Of a stretch of DNA of 60,000 nucleotides, positions 36,375 through 49,977 are shown piece after piece. Source of the stretch: Mobula hypostoma (lineage: Eukaryota); NCBI RefSeq assembly GCF_963921235.1, contig NC_086109.1:33110001-33170000 (forward strand), in the 5' to 3' direction. Under the pieces are notes generated by a model, which saw only the letters and a list, made by a program, of their open reading frames with translations, did no database searches and was not told where the DNA came from. How positions within the stretch are numbered: position 1 is the stretch's first letter; every line of letters starts with the position of its first letter. A program made the position numbers and the translations under genes.

Positions 36375-36507
36375 CGATATCACCTTCACCTAGTTGGACT
36401 AAAAAGGAACCACACTGTTCTGCACATTTTTCAGAGGCTTTGATCTGAAGTTTCAGATTACCTCTCCCTACAACCAGCCAACTGTTCTCTATATGGAGCT
36501 GGTGGGA
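36375..36507 (-). CDS. C6orf89: C6orf89 orthologue, penultimate coding exon
   Basis: ttttttgtag acceptor, G|gtaggt donor, 133 nt, phase 0-1. SHQLHIENSWLVVGRGNLKLQIKASEKCAEQCGSFLVQLGEGDI resembles human ..IIGSG..LQL..CRRHCQS..EPGDI. Confidence 0.85.
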
Positions 36508-38359
36508 CTACAAAAAAGCAAAAAATAGAGACATAAAATCAAGCAGCATTTAAAAATTACACAATATTTGCACTTAGTCTATTTTCTTTAAAAAAATTCA
36601 CAAGTGAGTTACATGAATCCCCTAAAGTGGATGATCCCTTTAAACAAAACAGTAATATTTTACTTAAAATGTCAGGCTAAAAATTAAGTCATTTAAGCCT
36701 TTTTCAAATGAATTTATGAAAATGTTTCTGCCTGGACAATTCTATACATAAATCTTCATCTCAAGTATTTTTATTTCTAAAAACTGTTACCTACTCTAGA
36801 ATTTTCTCAAATGGGGTAACTGTTTAATATGATGCCTTTTTGAAAAACTAATCGTACAATCAAGTTGGCAAATACTGCCAAAACTATCAGATTTTAAGCA
36901 TCACATAATAAGAACTATAAAATTTTACAAAAGAAACAAGAAATTAACATGAGTAGCCAAGACCCAAAAACAGCCCAAAACTGAATCAGTTCTTTTTTCA
37001 TAATATGAAAATTAAAAATTTGAAGCCATCTAACCACTCTTATTAACTACACTATATAGTGATGGTGGTTCCAATTTTGAAATATTAAACATAACTCATT
37101 CTTTGGAAATGCAAACCAAGACACAGAAAGTACAGCATAGCTTTTAATGAAGAAAAATAAACCAAAAATGCCATTAAAAACATGGGCTGAACATACTTAC
37201 CTCATGTTTGATTCTGCTCCACAAACACATACAATTGAAATTCGTATTTCATTTTTTTAATGTAGCTATATCTGCAAGTACTTCCAGATGAGGCAAAAGT
37301 TTCAATGAAGTGGTACAAAAAGCAACTTTAGTTCTTTTAAACCTTAACAACTTAGTCCTGCTACAGAAACTACAGGATATAATCAGAAGGTCAGGGTGCT
37401 AATACTTTAGTCACAGGGCTTTTATCAGAAGTGAGAGAAAAGAACAGGTTTTTGAAATGGAAAGGAAATGGTGATCAAGGGTGGTGGGGAAGGAGGCAAG
37501 TTTGTGATAAGCTGGAAGGGAAAGAAGATTAAACAATGAAAAGGACTGCCATTTGTTCTCTATATGGAGCTGGTGGGGCTACAAAATCTTTCCTGTTTTT
37601 CCACTTCTTTTTACTCCCTCTTTTTCTCTACATCTCCAACTACTCCCAATTTTCATGACAGGCTATTAACCCAAAATGCTAATTGTGCTCCACTCTCAGA
37701 CGTTTACTGTTGCCTGTTCAGTTTTTTCAGATTTCCAGCACGCACAGTATTGTGTAAATATTTTAGAGATGTCACAAGTTCAGAAAATAAGCAAATGGAG
37801 AAAAATATGTATTCACAGTTTTAAATCCAGTTTATTCAAACTATCATCTTATTGTCTTATCTGTGAAAATAAAACAGTACACAATGCATCTCTCTAAAAA
37901 AACATCACCCCCATTGAGTTTGCCCATATTGCAGTACTAAATTATAGAGTTTGTATGAAATGTCAGCTATATGGCAATACTTTGTAACTTCATTTCAATA
38001 GCTTTTTATAAAATAGTACAACTGGATTTAACAAACAGCTTGCAAAGAAACAAAAATGTGATTACAATGAATCACAAGTTGCATGCTTAGCTATACAATT
38101 TTAAGGCTGATCAATTAAAGCTAATCATTCTATTTACCTAGCTTCTGTCCATATTACTTAACACCTCAAAGCCTTGAACATTTAAATGAATCCCACGTTC
38201 CCTCATGATTAGCTCCACCTAACATTGTGAAAAGTAATGAATCTTTGGCATTATGCCTAGCATGAAAAAAAGACTATCTATTTTTGTCCACGTAATATTG
38301 CCCCAAGTCTGTAAGTCTGCCTCTTTGTATTTGTTTTTTAGACTCACAAAGGCAATTTT

Positions 38360-38715
38360 GTTGAGGACATCTTCAAAAAGTGATGCCTCAAAAAGGTGGC
38401 ATCCATTATTAAGGAGTCTCATTACCCAGGACATGCTCCCTTTTCATTACCACCCTCAGTAAGGATGTACAACAGCCAGAAGACACATACCCAATATTTT
38501 AGGAATAGCTTCTTCCCCTCTGCCATCAGATTTCTGAATAGACAATGAACCCATGAATACTACCTCACTATTTTTGCCCTCTTTTTGTACTACTCATTTA
38601 ATTCTTAAAATACTTTTCTTATTGTAATTTATAACAGATGTATTGCACTGTATTGCTACTGCAAAACAACAATTTTCACGACATATATCAATGATAATAA
38701 ACCTGATTCAGATTC
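38360..38715 (+). mobile_element. Rex1/Babar-like LINE 3' fragment
   Basis: gcatccattattaagg..aatagcttcttcccctctgccatcagatttctgaat (SFFPSAIRFLN); aataaacctgattcagattctg tail. Confidence 0.7.
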
Positions 38716-39947
38716 TGGAATTGACCATTTTAATGCATTTCTGGTTGGGCTCCCTCATTCCCTCTTCCTCCTCTCTATAAACATGAAGTCAAACTATGCT
38801 CTGCTATTCATGTCCTATCACGTTTATCCAATTCTCTTTGCTGGTGACTTTCTGTATCATGGATGAGCTATTCAAAAAATCTCATCAATATATGTTAACT
38901 CAGGAGCCTGAAGATATTTGTGCTCCACTAATACTGTCATCTTATTTCAAATTCAATTGCATCACCATATGCAACCTTTAAATGACAATGCCCCAAGCTC
39001 TTAAACTCCCTCTCCAAAGCCTTACACCTTTCATTCTTCCTTTAAGATACTCATTCAATCTAAATCAAGTTTTTGATAATTTCAATAATAACTTGTGACT
39101 TGACATCAATTTTTATGTTTGAGTTGAAGCCCTGGGATATTTTGTTAATTGAAAAGTTATAGAGCAGTAGCAACAATCCACTCTAATATATACAATTTAC
39201 TGCTGCTCATCACAAGCGTTTTGTTTTAAACTATCAGATATTACATCATAATCATGGACACATGGAGACACCCGAGGTTTCAGGAAAGAAAATATCAGAA
39301 GTTTGAAAACTTTTTTTCAATTACCCAATACTTTGCCACCAAATGACTTATAAAAATATCAATGCATTTAAAGCACTTTCTGCATCTCTTGTTATTCTCC
39401 TCCTATTTTCTTAATTTCACAACTCTTCTAGTGTTCTGAAGTTCTAATTTCACTATGCTGGTGAAATATTTTCTTATATTCTCTCTCTCTTTCTGGACAC
39501 AGTTGCTTCAAATAGAGCATCTACAGTTTGAAAGATTTATATTGGTCTTGTAATGTACCAAATTAATTTCATCTGTATGCTTACCCAGGGGACAATTCAG
39601 TTAGTTTACTGTAATTTACTTTTCCCTTTTAAGATTATCTCAATTAAATTTAAGACAAAGATTTGAAATTCCTCCTCCTCTCAAGCTAAACATCAAATTA
39701 TGGCATTATTTGCAAGGCTGATGAAAACATTAATTCAATGAAGAAATGTATTACAGAAACAACTAAAATTAGAGAGGCTTTTGTAAATCGAGAAAACTTG
39801 ACGGACAAAAACATGCTCTATTTCTCCAATTTTAAAAATCGTGAATGCTTTTCATGAGTAGTTTTATAAGAGAACAGATAATTAAAGTTTCATTTTTGTT
39901 TAGTATTTAGCCACAGAGCACAATTCTCTTATTTCAATCTTCCTTAC

Positions 39948-40083
39948 CAGGAATTGGAATGGAGAACCACGGCTAGGTGTTATTAAACATTTCTTCAGGG
40001 TTACTTTATTCTCAAAGGGTAACATGCTTGAATTTGGAAAAATTGCTCGTAGAATATGCATTCCATTTATACGTTGTTTTCTC
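39948..40083 (-). CDS. C6orf89: C6orf89 orthologue, internal exon
   Basis: aatcag acceptor, CTG|gtaagg donor, 136 nt, phase 2-0. (W)RKQRINGMHILRAIFPNSSMLPFENKVTLKKC resembles human WRRPLNRSQMLRELFP..LPF..LNKC. Confidence 0.82.
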
Positions 40084-42182
40084 CTGATTATTATGAGGAA
40101 AAGATTAAAATCTGGTTACTGTTCAAAAATACAGGAAAATATATCCATTACTGCTTTATTTCTTCAAAATAAGGATCAAATGTCTGAATTGAAAGAACAA
40201 AGTAAGTAAATGAATGTTTTCAGCAATCCACTATTATACCTGTTATAATTTAAAATGCAGTCAGAATTTAAAACTAGAGGTAAGTATTGCACACTTTGAA
40301 ATCATAATATACGTTAATTTATAATATACAAATCTGTTTTCCATTCCTCTCTAAGTACTCCCTTTAACAAAGGCTGTGATTGATTTGTAATTCTGAATTC
40401 TAACAGAAAACAGGGTTTCTACAAACTATGATTTTAGACTAATGAGTTTTTTTGAATAAATTTGTGAATATAATTTTTTATACAAAAATTGGAATACACA
40501 AAAATAATTCCAACATTTTGGTATGACTTCTGAACAATTATCTTTACCAGGGTCATGTGATGAAAAGCAAGGGTTTACATGCAAATAAATTTTGCACAGG
40601 ACATTTGTTTAGAAATATTTTACTAGGTTTGAACTCAAGTTCTCTCATTACCCCCAAGTATAAATAAACGTCCATTCCATAATGGGTTGATAAGTTCTTA
40701 GTTGGCAAAAGATTATGGAGTGGTGGCAGGAGAATAGGGTCGAGATGAGAAAATATATCAGTCATGAGATAATGCCAGATCAGACTTGATGGGCTGTATG
40801 GCCTAATTCTGCTCCTATATCTTATGGTATAAATATTGAAATTGCATTTATACCTTAAGGAAAATGAGATATTTATACACTAAACTACAAAAACAGAATT
40901 AGAAAATACCATACAATTACGTCGTTAATTAAAATTAGAAAGGGACGGATGATATAACAATAAGAAAACATCCAATTATCAATGTTATTCCTCCAGCCCA
41001 ACCATTACTACATGCAGTTACTTAGTCCTAATCCTTTAGTCTTGTCAATAATGTGAGAACTGACTATGTTTTATGACTGATTCTCAGTAGTATAGCTCTG
41101 TCATAAATGTATATTTTTTTGATATTACATTTTCACAAATGAATTTGATTTCCACATTACTTAAAAGCTCAAATGAGGTAAGATACCAATATCTCCATTT
41201 CTCTCCATGAAACAAACTTCGGGAAATCATTAAAAATATTTAAAATTCAAATGCTATTTTTGATAGGTATGTAATGAATAGTGGCTTGCATATTTATTAA
41301 CTCACAAAATTAATGTAACATTTAAAAAATAATGTTCTCTAGATTTCATTCAATTTTTTGAATGAAAAAAGCAGCAATGACCAAATTACCCTAGCTTAAA
41401 TACTGGACGTTGACAACTATCACGGGCTCAGAATGGTTGGTTGTTCTATCCATACAAAATAAGGTAAAAGCATTTAGGTTTTTGAGATGGGTGGATGCTG
41501 CTTAAATATAAATGATGAATTCAGAAATTTAACTTATGGCAAATGTAAAAAAAAAGAGCCCTTTGATTAATTTAATTGTTTAACAATAAACAGGTCTGAA
41601 AATTATAAAATGATTACACAGACAAATTCAAAGTTAAACACCAACATATAAAGAAATCAAATGGCACAATAAGTAACAATATTGGTAGAAAGAAAAAGCT
41701 AAATTATAAAAGGAAGAATTTTTGATTTAGCCATCACTTTCTCGTCTCTTTTGGTTGGGAGATTATATGCTTTCCAGCAATCTTTTTATTCTTTAATAAC
41801 AGGTATTTTAGGTAAGGCAAATGGAAATCCTTAACTGCCTTCCAAATGATAGGAATGTGACTGTCATTAATTGCTGCCATCTGTAAAATGTAGTTTTTCC
41901 CATATTTGTTCGTAGGTGATTTGTTCTACTACTTCGATCTAAAGGCAATGTAGGAACAACAATACATTAACAAGTCAGGATTTTAAGAGGGGAACTTGGA
42001 CAAACTCCTTTCGTACCTTTGGCAAATGTTGTGGATTTTGGAGTTGCCTCAGAATGTCAACTGGTTTCTGTTGTGCATTTTATAGTTGGCATGCACTACA
42101 GCCAGCGATGGGTGGGATGCCGATAAAGGGAGTTGATTAGTATGGCAAGGACTAATGGTTAGAAACAGACTAAAATAAATTC

Positions 42183-42620
42183 TGTCTAGGTAGCCTCAAC
42201 CTGATGGCATGAACATTGATTTCTCCAACATTCAATGATCTCTCTCCCACCCCCCCCCTTTTTCTATGCCCCATTTTGATTCCCCTCTCACCCATATTTT
42301 TTGCCTCACCTGTCCATCACCTCCCTTTGTTTCCTCTTCTTCTTCTTTTTCTTCCATGGTCACCCATCCTCTCCCATCAGATTCCTTCTTCTTCATCTCT
42401 TCCACCTATCACCTCCCTGCTTCTTACATCACCCTGCCTCCCCCACCCACCCACCTTCCTTCTCACCTATTACCTGCCAGTTTGTACTCTTCCCCAGCCC
42501 CCACCACAACCATCTTATGCCCCTTCCTTTCTAGCCGTGATAAAGGGTCTCAGCCCAAAACGTCCACTGTTACCCTCCACATACGCTGCCTGACTTGCTG
42601 AGTTTTCCAGCATTTTGGGT
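42183..42620 (+). mobile_element. Penelope-like pLTR fragment
   Basis: ggtagcctcaacctgatggcatgaacattgatttctcc start, pyrimidine-rich body, degenerate hammerhead at ~42533-42570. Confidence 0.8.
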
Positions 42621-42699
42621 TGGGTCATTCATCTTCAGCTTGGCAAAATGATAAAACAGGGTTCAATATCAGCTGCTATTTACAGGTTAACAGGACTGA

Positions 42700-45600
42700 G
42701 CAACAACAACATCTATGGAGATGAATAAATGCTCAATGCTTTGGACTGAAGCCCTTTATCAGGACTGGAAAGGAGGGGCGAAGAAGTCAGAATAAGAAGG
42801 GTGGGGGAGGGTGAGAAGGAGAAGGAGCACAAGATAGGAGGTGATGGGTGAAGCCAGGTGGGTGGGAGAGGGTGGATGAAGTAAGGCAATAGGTGGGAAA
42901 GGTAACATGCTGGAGAAGGAGAAACCTGATAGGAGAGAAGAGTGGACCATGGGAGAAAGGGAAAGAGGAGGGGCAACATGGGGAAGTGATAGGCAGGTGA
43001 GGAAGAGGGTTAAGTGGGAGTCAGAGTGGGGAAATGGAAGGAGAGAGAAAGGGGAGAGGAAAATTAGCAGAAGTTAGAAAAATCAATGCTCCTGCCATCA
43101 GGTTGGAGGCCACCCAGATGGAATATGAGGTGTTACTCTTCCAACTTGAGAGTGGCCACATCGGGGCAGTAGAGGCCACGGACCAACATGTTGGAATGGG
43201 GATGGGGACTGGAATTAAAATGGTTGGCCATCAGCAAATCCTGCTTCTTGCAGATGGAGCGAAGGTGCCCAAAGCAGTCCCACTTTCTACATCAGGTCTC
43301 AGCAATATAGAGGAGGGCACATCAGGAGCAGTGAACACAGCAGGTGACCCTAACAGATCAGATACACAGGTGAAGTGTTGCCTCACCTGAAAGGACTGTT
43401 TAGGGCTCCGAATTAATGTGAGGGAGGAGGTGAATGGGCAGGTGTAGCACATCTTCTGCTTACAGGGATGTGCTAGAGCGAGCAATCCTCGCAGAAAGCA
43501 GAGAGTTGGGGGGGGGTGGGTGGTGGTGGAAGATGCTTTTGGTGGGTAGGATCCTGCTGGGCAGGTGCCTGGGAAATGGAGGAGATGCTGGTGAGGGCAA
43601 TGGTGAAAGAAGGGAAACCCTGTTCTTTGAAGAAGGAGGACATCTCTGATGTTCTGAAAAAGAAACCATAGAAAAACTACAGCACAGAAACAGGCCTTTT
43701 GGCCCTTCTTGGCTGTGCCGAACCTTTTTCTGCCTAGTCCCACTGACCTGCACACGGACCATATCCCTCCATACACCTCCCATCCATGTATCTGTCCAAT
43801 TTATTCTTAAATGTTAAAAAAGAACCCGCATTTACCACCTCGTCTGGCAGCTCATTCCATACTCCCATCACTCTCTGTGTGAAGAAGCCCTCTCTAATGT
43901 TCCCTTTAAACTTTTCCCCCCTCACCCTTAACCCATGTCCTCTGGTTTTTTTCTCCCCTTGCCTCAGTGGAAAAAGCCTGCTTGCACTCACTCTATCTAT
44001 ACCCATCATAATTTTATATACCTAACCTATTCAACCCTTCTCTGTAACTGAGTTTCTCAAGTCCCGGCAACATCCTTGTAAACCTTCTCTGCACTCTTTC
44101 AACCTTATTTATATCCTTCCTGTAATTTAGTGACCAAAACTGAACACAATACTCCAGATTCGGCCTCACCAATGCCTTATACAACCTCATCATAACATTC
44201 CAGCTCTTATTCTCAATACTTTGATTAATAAAGGCCAATGTACCAAAAGCTCTCTTTACGACCCTATCTACCTGTGACGCCACTTTTAGGGAATTTTGTA
44301 TCTGTATTCCCAGATCCCTCTGTTCTACTGCACTGCTCAGTGCCTTACCATTAACCCTGTATGTTCTACCTTGGTTTGTCCTTCCAACATGCAATACCTC
44401 ACACTTGTCTGTATTAAACTCCATCTGCCATTTTTCAGCCCATTTTTCCAGCTGGTCCAAGTCCCTCTGCAGGTTCTGAAAACCTTCCTCACTGTCTACT
44501 ACACCTCCAATCTTTGTATCATCAGCAAATTTGCTGATCCAATTTACCACATTATCATCCAGATCATTGATATCGATGACAAATAACAATGGACCCAGCA
44601 CTGATCCCTGTGGCACACCACTAGTCACAGGCCTCCAATCGGAAAAGCAATTCTCTACTACCACTCTTTGGCTTCTTCCATTGAGCCAAGGTCTAATCCG
44701 ATTTACCACCTCTCCATGTAAACCTAGCAACTGAATTTTCCTAACTAACCTCCCATGCGGGACCTTGTCAAAGGCCTTACTGAAGTCCATGTAGACAATA
44801 TCCACTGCCTTCCCTTCATCCACTTTCCTGGTAACCTCCTCGAAAAACTCCAATAGATTGTTCAAACATGACCTACCACGCACAAAGCCATGTTGACTCT
44901 CCCTAATAAGTCCCTGTCTATCCAAATGCTTGTAGATTCTGTCTCTTAGTACTCCCTCCAATAACTTACCTACTACCGATGTTAAACTTACTGGCCTATA
45001 ATTTCCCGGATTACTTTTCGATCCTTTTTTAAACAACAGAACAACATGAGCCACTCTCCAATCCTCTGGCACCTCACCTGTAGACAGCGACATTTTAAAT
45101 ATTTCTGCCAGGGCCCCTGCAATTTCAACACTAGTCTCCTTCAAGGTCCGACGGAACACCCTGTCAGGTCCCGGGGATTTATCCACTTTAATTTTCCTCA
45201 AGACAGCAAGCACCTCCTCCTTTTCAATCTGTACAGTTTCCATGATCTCACTACTTGTTTCCCTTAATTCCATAGACTTCATGCCAGTTTCCTTAGTAAA
45301 TACAGACGCAAAAAACCTATCTAAGATCTCCCCCATTTCCTTTGTTTCTGCACATAGCCAACCACTCTGATCTTCAAGAGGACCAATTTTATCCCTTACA
45401 ATACTTTTGCTCTTAATATACCTGTAAAAGCTCTTTGGATTATCCTTCAATTTGACTGCCAAGGCAACCTCATGTCTTCTTTTAGCCCCCTGATTTCTTT
45501 CTTAAGTATTTTCTTGCACTTCTTATACTCCTCAAGCACCTTATTTACTCCCTGTTTCCTATACATGTCATACAACTCCCTCTTCTTCTTTATCAGAGTT

Positions 45601-47070
45601 GCAATATCCCTTGAGAACCAAAGTTCCTTATTCCTATTCACTTTGCCTTTAATCTTGACAGGAACATACAAACTCTGCACTCTCAAAATTTCTCCTTTGA
45701 AGGCTTCCCACTTACCGATCACATCCTTGCCAGAGAACAACCTGTCCCAATCCACGCTTCTTAGATCCTTTCTCATTTCTTCAAATTTGGCCTTCTTCCA
45801 GTTCAGAACCTCAACCCTAGGACCAGATCTATCCTTGTCCATGATCAAGTTGAAACTAATGGTGTTATGATCACTGGAACCAAAGTGCTCCCCTACACAG
45901 ATTCCGTCACTTGTCCTAACTCGTTTCCTAACAGAAGATCCAATATTGCATCCCCTCTAGTTGGTCCCTCTATATATTGATTTAGAAAACTTTCCTGAAC
46001 ATATTTTACAAACTCTAAACCATCTAGACCCCGAACAGTATGGGAGTCCCAATCAATATATGGAAAATTAAAATCCCCTACCACCACAACTTTATGTTTC
46101 CTGCAGTTGCCTGCTATCTCTCTGCAGATTTGCTCTTCCAATTCTTGTTGACTATTGGGTGGTCTGTAATACAATCCCATACCTTTCCTGTTTCTCAGCT
46201 CCACCCATAAGGACTCAGCAAGCCCTCTAATCTGTCCTGCCTGAGCACTGTTGTAATATTTTCCCTAACAAGCAATGCTACTCCCCCACCTTTCATTCCT
46301 CTGCCTCGATCACATCTGAAACATCGGAACCCTGGAATATTAAGCTGCCAGTCCTGCTCCTCCTGTAGCCAAGTTTCACTAATTGCTATAACATCATAAT
46401 TCCACGTGTCAATCCACGCCCTCAACTCATCCGCATTCCCCGCAATACTCCTAGCATTGAAATATATACACCTCAGAAGATTTTTACCACCACTCCCAAC
46501 CTTTCTATTAGCGGATTTGCTTGAACTTTTAACATCATTTATTTTCACTCCAAGCCACACTGTCAGCTCTGGCACTCTGGTTCCCATCCCCCTGCAAATC
46601 TAGTTTAAAGCCTCCCCAATAGCACTAACAAACCTCCCTGAAAGGATATTGGTCCCCTTGTAGTTCAAGTGTAACCCGTCTCTCTTGTACAGGTCCCACC
46701 TGCCCCAGAAGAGGTCCCAATGATCCTGAAATCTGAAACCCTGCCCCCTACACCAGTTCCTCAGCCACTTGTTCATCCTCCAGCGCATCCTATTTTTACC
46801 CTCACTGGCACGTAGCACAGGTAGCAATCCTGAGATTACCAACCTCGAGGTCCTGCTTTTCAACTTCCTATCAAGCTCTCATCCTGGGAACAAATGTGGT
46901 GGAGACAAAGGAACTGAGAAAAGGAATAGTATTTTTTCAGGACATGGGGTGGGAATAAGTATAGTCAAGGTAGCTGCGGGAATCGGTAAATATATAAAAG
47001 ACAGTGGTAGACAGTTTGTCTCCAGAGATAAAGCCAGAGAGATCAAGGAAGGGGAAAGTGATTTAAGAGG
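42700..47070 (-). mobile_element. Penelope-like element split by a CR1 (pieces 42700-43660 and 46873-~47070)
   Basis: Left piece: pLTR, GIY-YIG remnant (CYTCPFTSSL..SFQVRQHFTC) and SEMSSFFKEQGFP. Right piece: RT end (LPFLDL..ISGDKLST..DSRSYLDY..IPFSQFL..ICSQDE). Confidence 0.82.
43661..46872 (-). mobile_element. young CR1 LINE, 5'-truncated in ORF1
   Basis: ORF1 esterase C-terminus (DLYKRDGLHLN); ORF2 EN and a 482-aa RT segment (YMDFSKAFDKV, GVPQGSVLGP, KFADD); few frameshifts. Confidence 0.96.
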
Positions 47071-48272
47071 TTGGAATCAAGATCGAGTGAAATGTAGGGA
47101 TAAAGTGAAGAAATTAATTTTGACAATAATAAAAAAAATTTCTTAAAAATAAGGCCGACTGGTAAACATTGGTATATATCAGGACGTTGGTGTGTTAAAT
47201 AACGAACTACAAGACCTAAAAATTCAGGTAGTAAACAGTTACAAATTTTCAATTCTCTGGATTAATTCTTGAGGATGTTCGGAAAGGCGCAGTAAAGCGA
47301 ACCAATTCAAAGTGGACTTCGAAAGATACAGGTGATTTCACTAAGACATGAATTATTCTGAGAGGGGCTGACATATTAATGGAGACAAAGACTTTGGAAA
47401 AAGAGTCAGCCATTTAGAATTGAGACAAGGAGAAATTATTTTATGAAGAGGGTTTCAAACCTTTGAATTTCTCCACCTCAGTGAGCTGTGGATGCATAAA
47501 TCATCAATAAGTATATTCAAGATTCATATCCAGATTATTAAAAATACAATGGAACCCAATATATGGGTGAGGCAGCAAATTGAGCTTAACACAGAGGGTC
47601 AATCTCAATGGAAAAAATACAGCAGACAACATATCCATAAAGGTTATTTCTGCTTCTATTTCACATGTACTTTTGTGTGTATTTGTACTGAACAGGTTGA
47701 GCTTTTTGCAAGCAAGTAGATATAATTTAATCACACAGATCTTGCGCCACATTGTTGGCAGAAAGGAGTTGAATCAATTGATGCATCATAGCCTAAGCCT
47801 CAGTAGTTACATGATTTATGTTGCTGCTCTGGCCCAGTGACTTCTTTGTGGTGACTCTCCAGGATGTTGATGCCTCCTATGTAATTATTTCCTGTGCATG
47901 CATGGTTTAAATGTTACCTGCCTGGTGTTCAGCCCATGTTTGAAATTTCAGAAAGTCAGAAAACCAGTTAACAGTTTGTGATATTGGTTATTACACTGAT
48001 CAACCAGGCAATTCCGTGGTTGACTGCCAGTAAAACATTTCTCATTCTTAAATTGCTCAATTTCCTGAATGAATTTGATCAAGACTCAATTTTAGGCATT
48101 GGTTACAGAACATCATATGCTACAGCAGCAATACAAAAGAAATCTGCTGCACAGGACAACAAAAAGGTAAACATGAATGTTTTCAAATGCTAATATCAAC
48201 ATTTAAAAATATCAAAATCCAAGGATTTTTTAAGAGAAGATAGTAAGTAGATTCACTATACTTAAATCTCAC

Positions 48273-48424
48273 CAGTGAATAATTAGGTTGGATTCTTCTG
48301 GAAACACTGAGTTTTTATTGACTTCAAGATTCTCTCCATCTTCAAGATATACATCCATGGCTTCTCTATATTCTGAATGTAAACGCTTCAAATCCCCATA
48401 TGACAATGATATAGCTGATCCACT
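48273..48424 (-). CDS. C6orf89: C6orf89 orthologue, internal exon
   Basis: tgtcctgtag acceptor, TG|gtgaga donor, 152 nt, phase 0-2, open frame SGSAISLSYGDLKRLHSEYREAM..FPEESNLIIH(W). Confidence 0.8.
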
Positions 48425-48954
48425 CTACAGGACATAGTGAAAAAGAATACACATTTAATACATGCGTCACATTTAAATGAACTATTCAGTTACTTGCAGG
48501 AATGCATACTGTAAACCTCAATAATCTGCGTACTAAATGTTAAGAGGCAAGGATGTAAATGAATCCTAAATTTATAATCTCATTTACAATCCCACAGCTA
48601 TACATTATATATTCATAATTCTGATCTAACCATTGTGTTAAGTTGATTGAACATAAACATTTAATTAAATAAAACCATGTTTTATTTACTTTTCTATTTA
48701 AGCACAATTGTTTATATTCGATACCTGAATCAATTGATGTTCAGAATCAGTGATTCCAAGAAATACCACTCTAAAATGGATTTTACTCCCCTTTCATTTC
48801 CCACCTCAAAATGCACTGTCCTTTTCATGAATTAAACTGAAGGTTCCATCACTGTCACATCACCAGGGTCACTTGCAGGCTATCTGACCACAAACAACTT
48901 CAGCTCTGTACTTCTTAAGTCTTCATCTGCTGACCACAATGAGCATTCCTACAA

Positions 48955-49245
48955 GGAACAGTGGTGTAGTGGTTAGCACAACACTTGACAGTACCAGTGA
49001 GCTGGGTTCAATTCCTGCCACTGCCCATAAGGAGTTTGAACGTTCTCCCCATGATCGCGTGGGTTTCCTCTGGATGCTCCCGTTTCCTCCCACACTCTAA
49101 AAATATAATTGGTCATTATATTCGTTAATTGGTCATTGTAAATTGTCCTGTGATTAGGATAGGATTTCAGAAATCAGGGAGGATTGCTGGGCAGTGTGTA
49201 ACTAAGGCTTGGAAAGGGCTATTCTGTGCTGTATCTCAATAAATA
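48955..49245 (+). mobile_element. tRNA-derived V-SINE/HE1-like SINE
   Basis: A box tagtggttag (48967), B box ggttcaattcc (49005), V-domain-like core, aataaataaa tail. Confidence 0.8.
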
Positions 49246-49977
49246 AAGGAAGAAAGAATGATAGCAGTCAACCGTATGAATTCTGGTTAATTTCCTGACC
49301 TACCTTACTGCAGTTCAAGTTAATTGCAGTGCTAAAACCACTCCCAAACACCAGGGTTCTGCTGCTTGTTTAATATAATTGCTGTCATATTTAGCAAAAT
49401 CACCAACATAAATTTACACAAAACATCAGTATAGTATAACAATATTTTAGACCATTAAAATATGTAATCTCATAATGGAAACCATAAAACATGATTGAAT
49501 GTGATGTAATTATGTTAACAATAAAACTCAGTATTGTAATTTTGCAACGCTAACATTATTCAACCCTGAAATTGCATTATAGACTAACCACAAACAATTT
49601 CCCCATCACTTTGGACCACTGCCAATCCCTTCCTTTTATAAAGAACAGTCTCCAACAGTAGATCAAATCTCTTATAAACCAAAGCATGTATTTGTTCTCT
49701 ACACTATTCTATATTTTTAGATAATTTTACAAATTTCAGAAATAATCTCTAAGAAACCTTTCTGCATTAAAATGTATTACAGAAATTTGAGCATAAATTG
49801 ACAATCTTTCCATAAAAAAGCTTATTCACTCATATCAAACACAGTTCAGACACTGCACTCAAAAACAAGCTTCCAACATGTTTGACTCTTCAAATTTTGG
49901 TGGGCAATAAAGATGATCCACTATTAAAATTTCTCAAAATGAAAACACCAGTACTTATATCTAAATGATCATCTCAC

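Noticed and set aside
37190..37360. Strong minus-strand donor GAG|gtaagt at 37200 as an extra C6orf89 exon
   Set aside because: No convincing open exon was found from nearby acceptors, and the flanking exons already join in phase.
48955..49025. tRNA gene
   Set aside because: A and B boxes are present but there is no full cloverleaf, and the sequence continues into a SINE body.
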